A DNA stretch of 62,903 bases, filler included, from Deltaproteobacteria bacterium (GCA_030698575.1; 10 parts of 10 records of this genome joined end to end with filler, not necessarily neighbours in it); one strand, 5' to 3'; shown: positions 39,789-49,204, counted from the whole stretch's first letter. A program made the numbers and translations. The notes: generated from the sequence alone by a model not told the origin.

Positions 39789-40907
39789 ATGCGCATCGGC
39801 GTGCCGAAAGAGATGAAGGTGCACGAGTACCGCGTGGCGCTGGTGCCAGCGGGCGCCCGGTCGCTCATCGAGGCCAAGCACGAAGTCATGGTGCAGGCGG
39901 GCGCGGGGCAGGGGAGCGGGCTCAAGGACGCGGAATACGAGGCCGCCGGCGCCAGCGTCGTGCCGGAAGCGCGGACGCTCTTCGACGCCTGCGACCTGAT
40001 CCTGAAGGTGAAAGATCCGACCGCCGACGAGGCCGCGATGCTGCGCCCCGGGCAGATTCTCTTCTGCTACCTGCATCTCGCCGCTGCGCCGGAGGTCACG
40101 CGGACGCTCCTCGAGCGCGAGGTCACGGCTGTCGCCTACGAGACCGTGCAACTGCCCGACGGCTCCCTCCCGCTGCTCGCGCCCATGAGTGAGGTGGCGG
40201 GGAGGCTCGCCGTTCAGGTGGGGCTTCACTTCCTGCAGCGCGAGCACGGGGGGCGTGGAATCCTGCTGGGCGGCGTTCCCGGCGTGCCGCGGGGCAAGGT
40301 GACGGTGATTGGCGCCGGCACGGTCGGCATCAACGCCGTGCGCGTCGCGCACGCGCTGGGCGCCGAAGTCGACGTGCTCGACATCTCGCTTCCGCGGCTC
40401 ACCTACCTCTATGACATCTTCTCCGGAAATCTCGGTACGCTGGTCTCGAACTCGGCCAATGTCGAGCGGTCGGTGCTCGACGCCGATCTCGTCATCGGCG
40501 CGGTCCTCATTCCCGGCGGACGGGCGCCGCGCCTGGTCACGCGCAATCTGGTGAAGCGCATGAAGCCCGGCACGGTCATGGTGGACGTGAGCGTGGATCA
40601 GGGGGGATGCATCGAGACCATCCACCCGACGACCCACGCCGATCCGGTGTACACGGTCGACGGGGTCATCCACTACGGCGTAACCAACATGCCCGGGGCC
40701 GTGCCGCGCACGAGCACCTTTGCCCTCACGAACACCACGCTTCCCTACGTCCAGAAGCTTGCTGCCGCGCCGATAGCGGAGGTGGCGGCCGAAGACCCGT
40801 CGCTCCGCCGGGGGATCAATCTCCACGCCGGCCGGGTGACGCACCCCGGTGTCGCCGAGGCCCAGGGGCTGCCGCTGGTGGAGCCCCCGGGAGGCGAAAC
40901 AGCTTGA
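39789..40907 (+). CDS. ald: Alanine dehydrogenase
   Basis: [33 protein letters not shown] and [11 protein letters not shown] motifs. Confidence 0.96.
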   Translation: MRIGVPKEMKVHEYRVALVPAGARSLIEAKHEVMVQAGAGQGSGLKDAEYEAAGASVVPEARTLFDACDLILKVKDPTADEAAMLRPGQILFCYLHLAAAPEVTRTLLEREVTAVAYETVQLPDGSLPLLAPMSEVAGRLAVQVGLHFLQREHGGRGILLGGVPGVPRGKVTVIGAGTVGINAVRVAHALGAEVDVLDISLPRLTYLYDIFSGNLGTLVSNSANVERSVLDADLVIGAVLIPGGRAPRLVTRNLVKRMKPGTVMVDVSVDQGGCIETIHPTTHADPVYTVDGVIHYGVTNMPGAVPRTSTFALTNTTLPYVQKLAAAPIAEVAAEDPSLRRGINLHAGRVTHPGVAEAQGLPLVEPPGGETA

Positions 40908-40918
40908 AAGGCCTTGCC

Positions 40919-42034
40919 ATGCTTCGAGCGAGCCTGCTGTCGATCACGCTGGCCGCCGCACTGCTGGGCGGTTGCGGAACGACGGTCACGCTGAAATCGA
41001 AGCAACCGGCCGATGCTCCGGTGCCTTCGGCAGAGGGCGCGGCGAGCGACTCTCCTGCCGCGGAGGCACCGCCGGCCGCCGAAGGCGCAGCCACGTCTGA
41101 ACGTGCCCCGGCGCCCGAAGTGACCGCCGCGGCTACCAGTGCGCCGCGATCGAGCGCTCCTTCTTTCCCGGACCGCTTCAAATCGGGCCTGCACAGCGGC
41201 ACCGTCGGCGCCGCCTTCGGGGGCCTGGGCGGGCCCATCGGCATGGCAGCCGGGGGCGGCGCGGGTTTCGTCGCAGGCTTCGTGGCGGGCCGGCCGATCT
41301 TCGGCCGAGGCGGGTCTGCGCCGGGCGCGGGGGGCGGGTGGGAAGATCAGGTGGAGGATCAGGAGGCCTGGGAGGCCCAGGTGGCGGCCCGGGTCGACCA
41401 GCTCGACAGCGGCGTGCAACCCGCGGCGGGGGGGATAGGTTCCGAGGCACTGGACGCCACTGCCTATCCGGCGGCCGCGGGGGCGCCGCGCGCCCTGCAG
41501 GCCCTTCCTGACCCGCTCGAGGACTATGAGGCCTGGGCCGAACAGGTGATGAACCACGCCGAGCCCACGGCCGAGGGCGCCAAGGTTGCGACGGCCGGCA
41601 AAGCCGGGGTCGAGGCGGCCGCGCCCCCCGCCGAGACGCCCCCGGCAGCGGAGAACGCTGCGGCGGACGCCGATCTCCTGGCGTTGCTCTCGGAAGAGGA
41701 GGCCGGAGACGGGTGGCGGCTCCGCGCGCTCGACGCCGATGACGACGGCCGCGCCGACGCCTGGTTCGGCTACGACGGCGAAGTGCTGAGGCGCCACGCC
41801 ATGGACCGGAACAGCGACGGGCGCCCCGACCGGCTGGACGTCTACGAGGGCGACCAGGTGGCCGAGCGGCGCTTCGACGAAGATGGCGACGGCCGGTTCG
41901 AGCGCCGGGAGACGATCGAGGAGGGGCGCGTGACCTCGCGCCTGATCGATCAGAACGGCGACGGCCGGTTCGAGACCCTCACGCTGCCCGTGCAAGAAGG
42001 GGCGCCGGCTGCCGCCGCGGTGAAGGCGCCTTGA
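40919..42034 (+). CDS. Hypothetical lipoprotein with glycine zipper and DxD/NxDG repeats
   Basis: LLGGC lipobox, GAAFGGLGGPIGMAAGGGAG, then DADDDGRAD, DRNSDGRPD, DEDGDGRFE and DQNGDGRFE. Confidence 0.75.
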   Translation: MLRASLLSITLAAALLGGCGTTVTLKSKQPADAPVPSAEGAASDSPAAEAPPAAEGAATSERAPAPEVTAAATSAPRSSAPSFPDRFKSGLHSGTVGAAFGGLGGPIGMAAGGGAGFVAGFVAGRPIFGRGGSAPGAGGGWEDQVEDQEAWEAQVAARVDQLDSGVQPAAGGIGSEALDATAYPAAAGAPRALQALPDPLEDYEAWAEQVMNHAEPTAEGAKVATAGKAGVEAAAPPAETPPAAENAAADADLLALLSEEEAGDGWRLRALDADDDGRADAWFGYDGEVLRRHAMDRNSDGRPDRLDVYEGDQVAERRFDEDGDGRFERRETIEEGRVTSRLIDQNGDGRFETLTLPVQEGAPAAAAVKAP

Positions 42035-42410
42035 TGAGCCCCCGCGGCGCCGCTTTCACGCACGTCCTGCCGGCGATCTGTCTCGGGCTTGCCGCGTCGA
42101 TCTTCCACGCCCAGGCGCAGGCGGAGGATCCTCCCGCAACCGTACCCGGTGTTCCCCATCCACTCCAGTCCGAGCGGTCCCCCGGCGCCCCGCTCGACGT
42201 GGTGCTTCTCATCGACGCCTCGGAAGAATCGGCCACCTCGTCGGGCGCCGACGTGAACGGCGACGGGAAGATCGATGCCGGAAAAGGGCTGCACCTCGGG
42301 AAGGGCGGGGTCCCCCGGCTGGGCTTCCGCACGGGCGGCGATTCGATTCTCTCGGCGGAACTCTACGCGGCGCGGCGCCTTCTGGTCCATCTCGGTAATC
42401 CGACGACACG
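42034..42410 (+). CDS. Secreted vWA-like protein, 3' truncated
   Basis: Signal peptide then LDVVLLIDAS (MIDAS-like) and GADVNGDG. Confidence 0.55.
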
Positions 42411-42512
42411 NNNNNNNNNNNNNNNNNNNNNNNNNNNNNNNNNNNNNNNNNNNNTTAATTAATTAANNNNNNNNNNNNNNNNNNNNNNNNNNNNNNNNNN
42501 NNNNNNNNNNGC

Positions 42513-42746
42513 TTGATCCCCGGCCGTCCGGGAAACCTGGGGCGCGTGGCCGCGGCGGCGCTGTCAGTCGTCACGCTCGGCTTCGCGCTCGCCGTCGGGC
42601 ACTCCGGCGGTGAGCTGGTCTACCGGCACGGCGCCGCAGCGGCCTACGTGCAGGACGCTGCGCCCGGAGCGGCGCGCCTCGAAGGGTACTTCGACGCACG
42701 CCTCAAATCCGGGCGGTCGGATGACGACGACGATGACGACGACTGA
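42513..42746 (+). CDS. DUF2231-like membrane protein C-terminus, 5' truncated
   Basis: TM helix followed by GHSGGELVYRHG. Confidence 0.7.
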   Translation: MIPGRPGNLGRVAAAALSVVTLGFALAVGHSGGELVYRHGAAAAYVQDAAPGAARLEGYFDARLKSGRSDDDDDDDD

Positions 42747-42802
42747 TGCCGGGCGCGGGCGCTTCGACGACCGAGTCCTTACGATTCGATGGAGGAAAGG
42801 CA

Positions 42803-43228
42803 ATGAAAGCATCGCACCTCATGTTGGTTGGTGCCCTCACCTTCGCTGTGCTGGCGAGCACGCCAGCCTTCGCTGAGCCGAGGCGGGATGCCATCCTCGC
42901 CGAGCTCCTGGCGCAGGCCCGGCGGGACGAGCCCGGCTTCGGTCAATTCTCCGCCGAGCGCGGCGCCGCCCTCTACCGAGCGGACCACACGGGCGGCAAG
43001 CCGGGCACGGCTTCCTGCACGGCCTGTCACGGCAATACGCCGCTGGAGACAGGACAGACACGAGCTGGCAAGGCCATCGACCCCATGGCGCTCTCCAAGA
43101 GTCCCGGGCGCTACACCGACAAGGCCAAGGTGGAAAAGTGGTTCACCCGCAATGGCACGCAGGTATTGGGGCGTGCCTGCACGGCCAAGGAGAAGGGCGA
43201 TTTCCTCACTTATGTGACAGCACAGTAG
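42803..43228 (+). CDS. SHP-like monoheme cytochrome c (DUF1924)
   Basis: Signal peptide, FSAERG, SCTACH, R.TD.AKVEKWF.RN and EKGD motifs. Confidence 0.88.
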   Translation: MKASHLMLVGALTFAVLASTPAFAEPRRDAILAELLAQARRDEPGFGQFSAERGAALYRADHTGGKPGTASCTACHGNTPLETGQTRAGKAIDPMALSKSPGRYTDKAKVEKWFTRNGTQVLGRACTAKEKGDFLTYVTAQ

Positions 43229-43259
43229 TGAACCGCCCTTGCAGATAGGAGAGATGGAA

Positions 43260-43754
43260 ATGCCCAAGAGCATCGCGCTGTTGTTGCTGCTATCGACGGT
43301 CGTCACCCCTTCTCCCGCAGCGGGAGACGAGCGGGTGCCGCCGGTCACGGACCCGGTGGTCAACCAGGAATGCGGGAGTTGTCACATGGCGTTCCAGCCG
43401 CAGTTTCTCCCGCAGCGCTCCTGGCAGAAGCTTGTCGACACGTTGGCTGACCACTTTGGTGAAGATGCGAGCCTCGGGGAGACCGAGCGCGCGGCGGTGC
43501 TCGACTATCACCTCAGCAACGCCGCTGACGGCCCGAAGGGTGGTCGTGCGGCCCGGAAGTATGGCCGGAGAATCGCTGTAGGGCAGGCACCGCTCCGAAT
43601 CACCGAGACGCCATGGTGGGTGAAGGAGCACCAGGAAGTGCGGGCCGACAAATGGCGGAGCCGCGAAGTCAAGTCAAAGGCGAACTGCCTCGCGTGTCAC
43701 AAGAGGGCCGAAGAGGGTATCTACGAGGACGAGGAGCACGAGGACGACGACTGA
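43260..43754 (+). CDS. Diheme cytochrome c (DHC)
   Basis: ECGSCHMAFQP, HFGEDAS, RITET and NCLACH motifs. Confidence 0.9.
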   Translation: MPKSIALLLLLSTVVTPSPAAGDERVPPVTDPVVNQECGSCHMAFQPQFLPQRSWQKLVDTLADHFGEDASLGETERAAVLDYHLSNAADGPKGGRAARKYGRRIAVGQAPLRITETPWWVKEHQEVRADKWRSREVKSKANCLACHKRAEEGIYEDEEHEDDD

Positions 43755-43866
43755 CGGCGCGAGCGGGCGCGCCGCGTGATCGGGGGACGCTCACGCGATA
43801 CTCGGGGCCGGCTTTTACCGGCCCGGCGGTTCCCGAGCCGGTGAGCGTCCCCTTCCCGCCATCCCG

Positions 43867-44274
43867 CTAGGCCGACGGCGTCGCGCCCCCGCCGGGATCC
43901 GTGGCGTAAAGCACGGATCGCTCGAGGCTCTCGTCGCGGAGATGCTGGATGGCCCGGTAGGTTTCCGAGAGCACCATGTCGAGGAATGCCTGCCGCGTCG
44001 GATACTCGACGAGGAGCACGGAGTCCCACTCCGTGCTTCCGATGAGGCGCTCCGTCCCTTCGCCCGCATAGACGATCCGCCCGCCGGCCTTCTGAAGAAG
44101 CGGCATCACGGCGGCGCCGTAGCGCGCGTACATCTCGCGGCCCCCATCCGGCTTGAACTTGAGCAGGTTCAGCATGACCACTGGCCCCTCGGTGGCCCGG
44201 GCGGCGAAGGCCTGCAGGGCTTCGGGGTTGGGAGTTTCCAGCGGGCGCGCGCTCTTTCCATCGGGCGTTCCCAT
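43867..44274 (-). CDS. DUF1330 domain protein
   Basis: GPVVMLNLLKF, Y.RYG, GGRIV and WD.V.LVEYPTR.AF motifs. Confidence 0.85.
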   Translation of the reverse strand: MGTPDGKSARPLETPNPEALQAFAARATEGPVVMLNLLKFKPDGGREMYARYGAAVMPLLQKAGGRIVYAGEGTERLIGSTEWDSVLLVEYPTRQAFLDMVLSETYRAIQHLRDESLERSVLYATDPGGGATPSA

Positions 44275-44299
44275 TTGTTCCTCCTTATAGTGGCATCAG

Positions 44300-44851
44300 C
44301 TAGTTTTCTTTTCCAAAACGCGCGAGTCGGTCGAGCAGGCGCTCGGGCGAATCGTCGACCAGAACCATTGCGCGGTTCTTTTCCTTGAGGAACTCCTCGG
44401 CAACGGCCTGGTCGAGAAACTCGATGAGGCGGTCGTAGTAGCCCTCGACATTCAGGATTCCGCAGGGCTTGTCGTGCAGCCCGAGGGTCGCCCAGCTCCA
44501 GATCTCGAAGAACTCCTCCCAGGTCCCCACGCCGCCGGGCAGCACGATGAAGGCGTCGGCCAGCTCCGCCATCATCCCCTTCCGCGCGGGCATCGAGGAG
44601 ACGGTGCGGAGATCCCGGACCCGCGGATGGCCGAGCCCCTGCTCGGCGAGGATCTCCGGGATAATCCCTATGACTTCTCCGCCGCCGTCGAGCACGGCAT
44701 CGGCGACCTCGCCCATCAGCCCCGCCCGCATGCCGCCGTAGACGAGGCCGATTCCCTTTCCGGCGAGCAGTTCACCGAGGCGCCTCGCCATCGCGCTGTA
44801 GGCGGGGCGCGCCCCTTCCCGGGAACCGCAGTAAACGCATACGCGCTTCAT
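44300..44851 (-). CDS. LOG family nucleotide phosphoribohydrolase
   Basis: VCVYCGS, LVYGG..GLMG and LPGGVGTWEE motifs. Confidence 0.92.
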   Translation of the reverse strand: MKRVCVYCGSREGARPAYSAMARRLGELLAGKGIGLVYGGMRAGLMGEVADAVLDGGGEVIGIIPEILAEQGLGHPRVRDLRTVSSMPARKGMMAELADAFIVLPGGVGTWEEFFEIWSWATLGLHDKPCGILNVEGYYDRLIEFLDQAVAEEFLKEKNRAMVLVDDSPERLLDRLARFGKEN

Positions 44852-44878
44852 TCGTCGCCTCTCTCGTCACAGGTCCAT

Positions 44879-45751
44879 TCAGGTTCTCGGGCGGCTCACC
44901 TTGATCGATTCGTAGAGCGCCGCGCCGAGGATGATCGCACCGCCGCCCAGCGTGCGGAGTGAGGGGTACTCCCCGAGCAGCAACGCCGCAAGGGCGATGC
45001 CGTAGGCCGGCTGAAGGCTCTGCACGATGCCGAGGGTCTTCGCCTTCAGGTGGCGCAGGCTGTCAAGCAGCAACGAATGCGGGAAGGCGGTGAACAGCAG
45101 TCCGAGAGCGACGAGCTGGAGCGCCCACGGCGCCGCCTGCCCGCCAAAGCCCCTCGGCATGACAGGCAGGAGCAGCAGCGCAGCCACCGTGACCTGAAAG
45201 AAAAGCGTCACGGCGCTGTCAGACCCGCTCAGGTACTTCTTCTGAAAGATATTGCGAAGCGAGTAGAGCAGGGCGGAGCAGACGCCAAGGGCCACCCCGT
45301 GTGTTGCGCTGCTCTCGAGAGAGAGCCCCGGCACCATCAGGAGAACTCCCGCCAGCACCGCCAGCGCGGTCACGACGTCGGCCGGATCAATACGCGCGCG
45401 GTTGAAGGCGGGCTCGAGCAGGACCGTGATCACGGGGAAGGTGAAGAGCGAGACGATCCCGATGGCCACGTTCGAGATCTGCACGGCGTGGAAATAAAGA
45501 ATCCAGTGGGCGCCGAGCAGCGCTCCGAGGAGCACGACCATCAGGTAGGCGCGCCGGTTCTCGAGTCGGAACGAGCGGCGGCGGGCGAGCAGCATCACGA
45601 CGAGGGCGAGGGCCGCCACCGCCGATCGCCAGAAGATGATCTGTTGGGGGGGCAGGTTGACGAGCTTCGGAAACAGCGCGGTGAACCCCAGAAGGAGCGT
45701 CGCCCCGTTGATCTCCAGGAGCCCTTTCGCGGCGCGCTGCATGCCCGGCAA
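44879..45751 (-). CDS. EamA/DMT family transporter
   Basis: About 10 hydrophobic helices in two repeats; TTG 45751 or ATG 45742 start. Confidence 0.88.
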   Translation of the reverse strand: MPGMQRAAKGLLEINGATLLLGFTALFPKLVNLPPQQIIFWRSAVAALALVVMLLARRRSFRLENRRAYLMVVLLGALLGAHWILYFHAVQISNVAIGIVSLFTFPVITVLLEPAFNRARIDPADVVTALAVLAGVLLMVPGLSLESSATHGVALGVCSALLYSLRNIFQKKYLSGSDSAVTLFFQVTVAALLLLPVMPRGFGGQAAPWALQLVALGLLFTAFPHSLLLDSLRHLKAKTLGIVQSLQPAYGIALAALLLGEYPSLRTLGGGAIILGAALYESIKVSRPRT

Positions 45752-45947
45752 TTCCCCTTCCTGCCCCGCCCGGCCGCCCTCGGAGGACGTTAGCGGGAAC
45801 CTGACAGCCTGAAAATACCGCCCCCGCCGAAACCTTCCTCCGTTTCGCGGTCCGGAAGCCGAGGAGGGGGCCCGACTTCCACACCGTGTGTTGCATCCCC
45901 CCTAACATTTCCCGGAACGGGGATTTCGGACGGTCTTCGCGGGCCTC

Positions 45948-45975
45948 AAAAAAACAGTACTAAATCAGATACTTA
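45948..45975 (+). promoter_or_regulatory. IHF binding site
   Basis: AATCAG-ATAC-TTA (45963-45975) matches WATCAR-N4-TTR, with an A7 tract at 45948-45954. Confidence 0.7.
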
Positions 45976-46013
45976 GAGCTTTTTACGCGTTCTTTCACGC
46001 CATCCCGGCGCAC

Positions 46014-46029
46014 TGGCACGCCCCTTGCT
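46014..46029 (+). promoter_or_regulatory. Sigma54 (RpoN) -24/-12 promoter
   Basis: TGGCACG-CCCC-TTGCT, an exact consensus match; predicted TSS about 46040. Confidence 0.85.
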
Positions 46030-46039
46030 TTATCCATCG

Positions 46040-46456
46040 GTGTGGAGCGCTTGGACCCGCCGGCCCTGCCGGGCCCCGGCGTACGGGACACCGGATCCCG
46101 TCAAGTCGCGAGGCGGGCGCCCGCACAGACCTCGATAATGCCTCCGGTGGGAACGTCGGAGTGAGGCAGAGGCGAGGTCGGGCGTTCAGGGGGCGTGCAA
46201 AACGCGGTGAGCATGCCCTCCGGGTCCTGCCTCTTCGAACGAATTGATGAAACCCTGTGTTTGCAAAGGTCAAATCGGCGCCGAGGAGCGGCACCGGAAA
46301 ATTTGCCGACGGCCCAACCCCCCCCCCAAAGACCCCTCGGGTCCGACGGCACTGCCGGTTCTCTCGATAGAGAGATACCGGAATCGAGAGCCAGAGGAAC
46401 GGCGGCCTCTGACCTCGAAGGCAAGCGGGGCTCTCACGAGCCCCGCTTGTATTTTA
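46040..46456 (+). ncRNA. Candidate sigma54-dependent structured ncRNA (about 415 nt) or attenuated leader
   Basis: Bounded by the sigma54 promoter and a terminator; many helices; no credible ORF inside. Confidence 0.55.
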
Positions 46457-46457
46457 T
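46422..46457 (+). terminator. Intrinsic terminator
   Basis: CAAGCGGGGCTC-TCAC-GAGCCCCGCTTG perfect 12-bp stem followed by TATTTTAT. Confidence 0.85.
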
Positions 46458-46468
46458 ACTAAGTAACC

Positions 46469-47689
46469 ATGCAGAGGACCGCCGTGCTCGAACGCCAGAA
46501 CCACCTCGACATCTTTGTCGCGATCTCGATCGCGCTGCACGCGCTGCTCTTCTGGGCGTACCTCTCGCCGTTCCTGTCTTCGCTGGAGCTGCCGTCAATC
46601 CGTCCGACCATCGAAATCGTCGAAGTGCCCCGCTCCTACCGGCGCCCCACGCCGGCCACGCCCGCTCCTCCGCCCCCTGCTCCCGACGAAGCGCCGCCCG
46701 CGCCCGAAACTGAAGCGCAACCCGCGCCACAGCCCGTCCCGGAGCCTCCGTCGCGCGCCTTCGACGTCGTGGACACCCCCAAACCCGCGGTCGAGGAGAT
46801 CCCGCGCGATGCGCGCGTTCTCTCCAGGTACAACCAGCGTGTCGAGCGCCAGGCGCGCGCGCGTGATCTCCCCATCGACAACCGGGGCGAGATCAGCAAG
46901 CGCAAGACCGCGGATCCCCTCGCCAAGCCGTCGGCCGTCGAGAGCGAGCAGCGCGCAGCCGAAGCACGCGAGGCGAAGCAGGCCGATGCGGCGCAGGCGC
47001 GTGCAGTCGCCGGCGGCGGCGATGGCGGGGCGGCCGCCAGGAAGGCTCTCCGGCCGGGGACGCCGGCGCCGGCTGAGCCGCCCGAGCGCGTGAGCGCCGA
47101 TGCGATCTTCAGGAGGAAGGGCGCTGGAGAAGAGGGCGGCGCGAAGGGCGGCAAGGCCAGTCCCGGGGAGGGCATCAAGGATCTGCTTCCCACCGAAGAG
47201 CGCCTCGCGCAGCTCGCGGCCGACGCCAAGGGCGGACGAAGCAATCCCTACAATCCGGATCTTGTGCCAGTGGACGCGGAGATGTCCATGGCCACGCTCG
47301 AGAGCGAGCACGTCGGTTACTATCTGGCCATCAAGAAACGCATCGTGATCAACTGGGATCCCGCGCGGCTCGTGCGCTCGGCCAGCGACACCTACCAGCA
47401 GACGCTGCAGAACTTCGGCGGCGGGAGCATGCTCTCGCACAGCGCGGGCAGCTCGTTGGCGGAAGCCGCGGCGCGGACCGGCCGGGGCGCCACGGTGGTC
47501 CGGTTCGTGATTGCCAAGAACGGCCGCCTCGAGGGCGAGCCAGCACTCCTGCAGTCGTCGGGCAGCGCCTTTCTCGACGAGGAAGCGCTCCGCGCCGTGC
47601 GTTACGCCGAACCCTTCCCACCCGTCCCCGACCGTATCGCCAAGAACAGTCTGACGATCACGGGCGAATTCATCTACGGCCGCCGCTAA
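46469..47689 (+). CDS. TonB/TolA-family energy transducer-like protein
   Basis: SIALH TM anchor, Pro-rich linker, C-terminal QSSGSAFLDEEALRAVRYAEPFPPVP. Confidence 0.85.
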   Translation: MQRTAVLERQNHLDIFVAISIALHALLFWAYLSPFLSSLELPSIRPTIEIVEVPRSYRRPTPATPAPPPPAPDEAPPAPETEAQPAPQPVPEPPSRAFDVVDTPKPAVEEIPRDARVLSRYNQRVERQARARDLPIDNRGEISKRKTADPLAKPSAVESEQRAAEAREAKQADAAQARAVAGGGDGGAAARKALRPGTPAPAEPPERVSADAIFRRKGAGEEGGAKGGKASPGEGIKDLLPTEERLAQLAADAKGGRSNPYNPDLVPVDAEMSMATLESEHVGYYLAIKKRIVINWDPARLVRSASDTYQQTLQNFGGGSMLSHSAGSSLAEAAARTGRGATVVRFVIAKNGRLEGEPALLQSSGSAFLDEEALRAVRYAEPFPPVPDRIAKNSLTITGEFIYGRR

Positions 47690-47731
47690 AATTCCCGGGG
47701 TCAGGTCTGAAATTTTAGCGCCGGCTTCCGC

Positions 47732-49204
47732 CTACTCGGGAAGCCAGCGAAGGATGGGCTTGCGCGCGGCCGTGACTTCGTCGAGGCGCGCCACGGGCGT
47801 GGTGAAGGGCGCCCCGGTGACCAGCTCGGGCCAGTCCGCAGCCTCGGCGGCGATGGCGCGCATGCTGTCGGCGAAGGCGTCGAGCGTCTCGAGGCTCTCG
47901 CTCTCGGTCGGCTCGATCATGAGGGCCCCCGGCACGACGAGGGGGAAGTAGATGGTGGGCGGGTGGTAGCCGTAGTCCATGAGGCGTTTTGCGATATCGA
48001 GCGTTTTCACTCCGTGGGCGTTCTGCTTCCGGTCCGTCAGGATGCACTCGTGCATGACAGGGCCGGGATAGGGTGCGTGGTAAACGTCGCGGAGCTTTGC
48101 GAGCAGGTAGTTGGCGTTCAGCACCGCGTGCCGGCTCGAATCCGCGAGCCCCTCACCGCCGAGCGCCAGCGCAAAGGCGTAAGCGCGGATGTGCATTCCC
48201 ACGTGGCCATTGAAGCTCTTCACCTTGCCGATCGACTCGGGAAGCTCCTCGATCACGTAGGCGCCCTCGCGGTGATTTACGATGGGCGTGGGGAGATACC
48301 GGACGAGCGGCTCGGCGACGCCGACCGGCCCGGAGCCCGGGCCGCCGCCGCCGTGCGGGGTGGAGAAGGTCTTGTGCAGGTTGAAGTGCATCACGTCCAC
48401 GCCCCTGTGGCCCGGCTTGGCCACTCCCATGAGCGCGTTCAGATTGGCGCCGTCGAAATAAACCAGCCCACCCTTCGCGTGCACGATCTCCGCGATCTCG
48501 ACGATGTGCTTCTCGAAGAGCCCGCAGGTGTTCGGGTTCGTGAGCATCAGCGCGGCGACTTCCTCGTCCATGTGCGCCGCCACCTCGCGCGGTTCGAGCA
48601 GCCCCGTCGGGCCCGTCTTCATGCTCACGACCTCGTAGTCGCATAGCGTGCAGGAAGCCGGGTTGGTCCCGTGGGCCGTGTCGGGGATGAGCACCTTCTT
48701 GCGCGGATTGCCCTTCGCTTTCTGGTAAGCGCGCACCATGAGCATGCCCGTCAGCTCGCCCTGCGCGCCGGCCGCCGGCTGGAGCGTCACCCGCGCCATG
48801 CCGCTCACCTCGCAGAGGATCTGCTCGAGACGGTACATGAGCTCGAGCAGCCCCTGCGAGATCTCCACGGGCTGCAACGGGTGCGAACGCGCGAACTCCG
48901 GCAGGCGGGCGGCCCACTCGTTCAGCTTCGGGTTGTATTTCATCGTGCAGGAGCCGAGCGGGTACATGCCGACGTCGACGCCGTAGTTCTGGCGCGACAG
49001 GCGCGTGTAGTGCCGGACGACATCGATCTCCGAGATCTCGGGGAACCCCTCGACGGCCTCGCGCGTGCTTTCCTTGCCGTAGAGCGCGGCCGCGTCGGCC
49101 GCCGGCACGTCGGCAGGCGGAAGCGAGTAACCCCGCCGCCCCGGCGAGCCCTTCTCGAAAAGGAGCGGCTCGAGGGTCTGCTTTGCCCGTGGGTCGCGGT
49201 TCAT
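47732..49204 (-). CDS. gcvPB: Glycine dehydrogenase (decarboxylating) subunit 2
   Basis: YPLGSCTMKYNP, QPAAGAQGE, HGTNPAS and NLHKTFSTPHGGGGPG motifs. Confidence 0.97.
   Translation of the reverse strand: MNRDPRAKQTLEPLLFEKGSPGRRGYSLPPADVPAADAAALYGKESTREAVEGFPEISEIDVVRHYTRLSRQNYGVDVGMYPLGSCTMKYNPKLNEWAARLPEFARSHPLQPVEISQGLLELMYRLEQILCEVSGMARVTLQPAAGAQGELTGMLMVRAYQKAKGNPRKKVLIPDTAHGTNPASCTLCDYEVVSMKTGPTGLLEPREVAAHMDEEVAALMLTNPNTCGLFEKHIVEIAEIVHAKGGLVYFDGANLNALMGVAKPGHRGVDVMHFNLHKTFSTPHGGGGPGSGPVGVAEPLVRYLPTPIVNHREGAYVIEELPESIGKVKSFNGHVGMHIRAYAFALALGGEGLADSSRHAVLNANYLLAKLRDVYHAPYPGPVMHECILTDRKQNAHGVKTLDIAKRLMDYGYHPPTIYFPLVVPGALMIEPTESESLETLDAFADSMRAIAAEAADWPELVTGAPFTTPVARLDEVTAARKPILRWLPE

Noticed and set aside
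46138-46305. 6S RNA identity for the structured region (GGTGAGCATG and CGGCACC recall 6S motifs at similar spacing)
   Set aside because: I could not build the 6S rod with central bubble: the 3' AGGTCAAA segment has no 5' partner, and the usual zapA/ygfA context is absent. Left open pending an Infernal search.
46345-46410. Cobalamin riboswitch (GCACTG...AGCCAGAGGA upstream of a TonB-family gene)
   Set aside because: The core B12-element features (GGGAA-GGTG-AATCC, CCCGCAACTGT, GGGAAG) are not present in order
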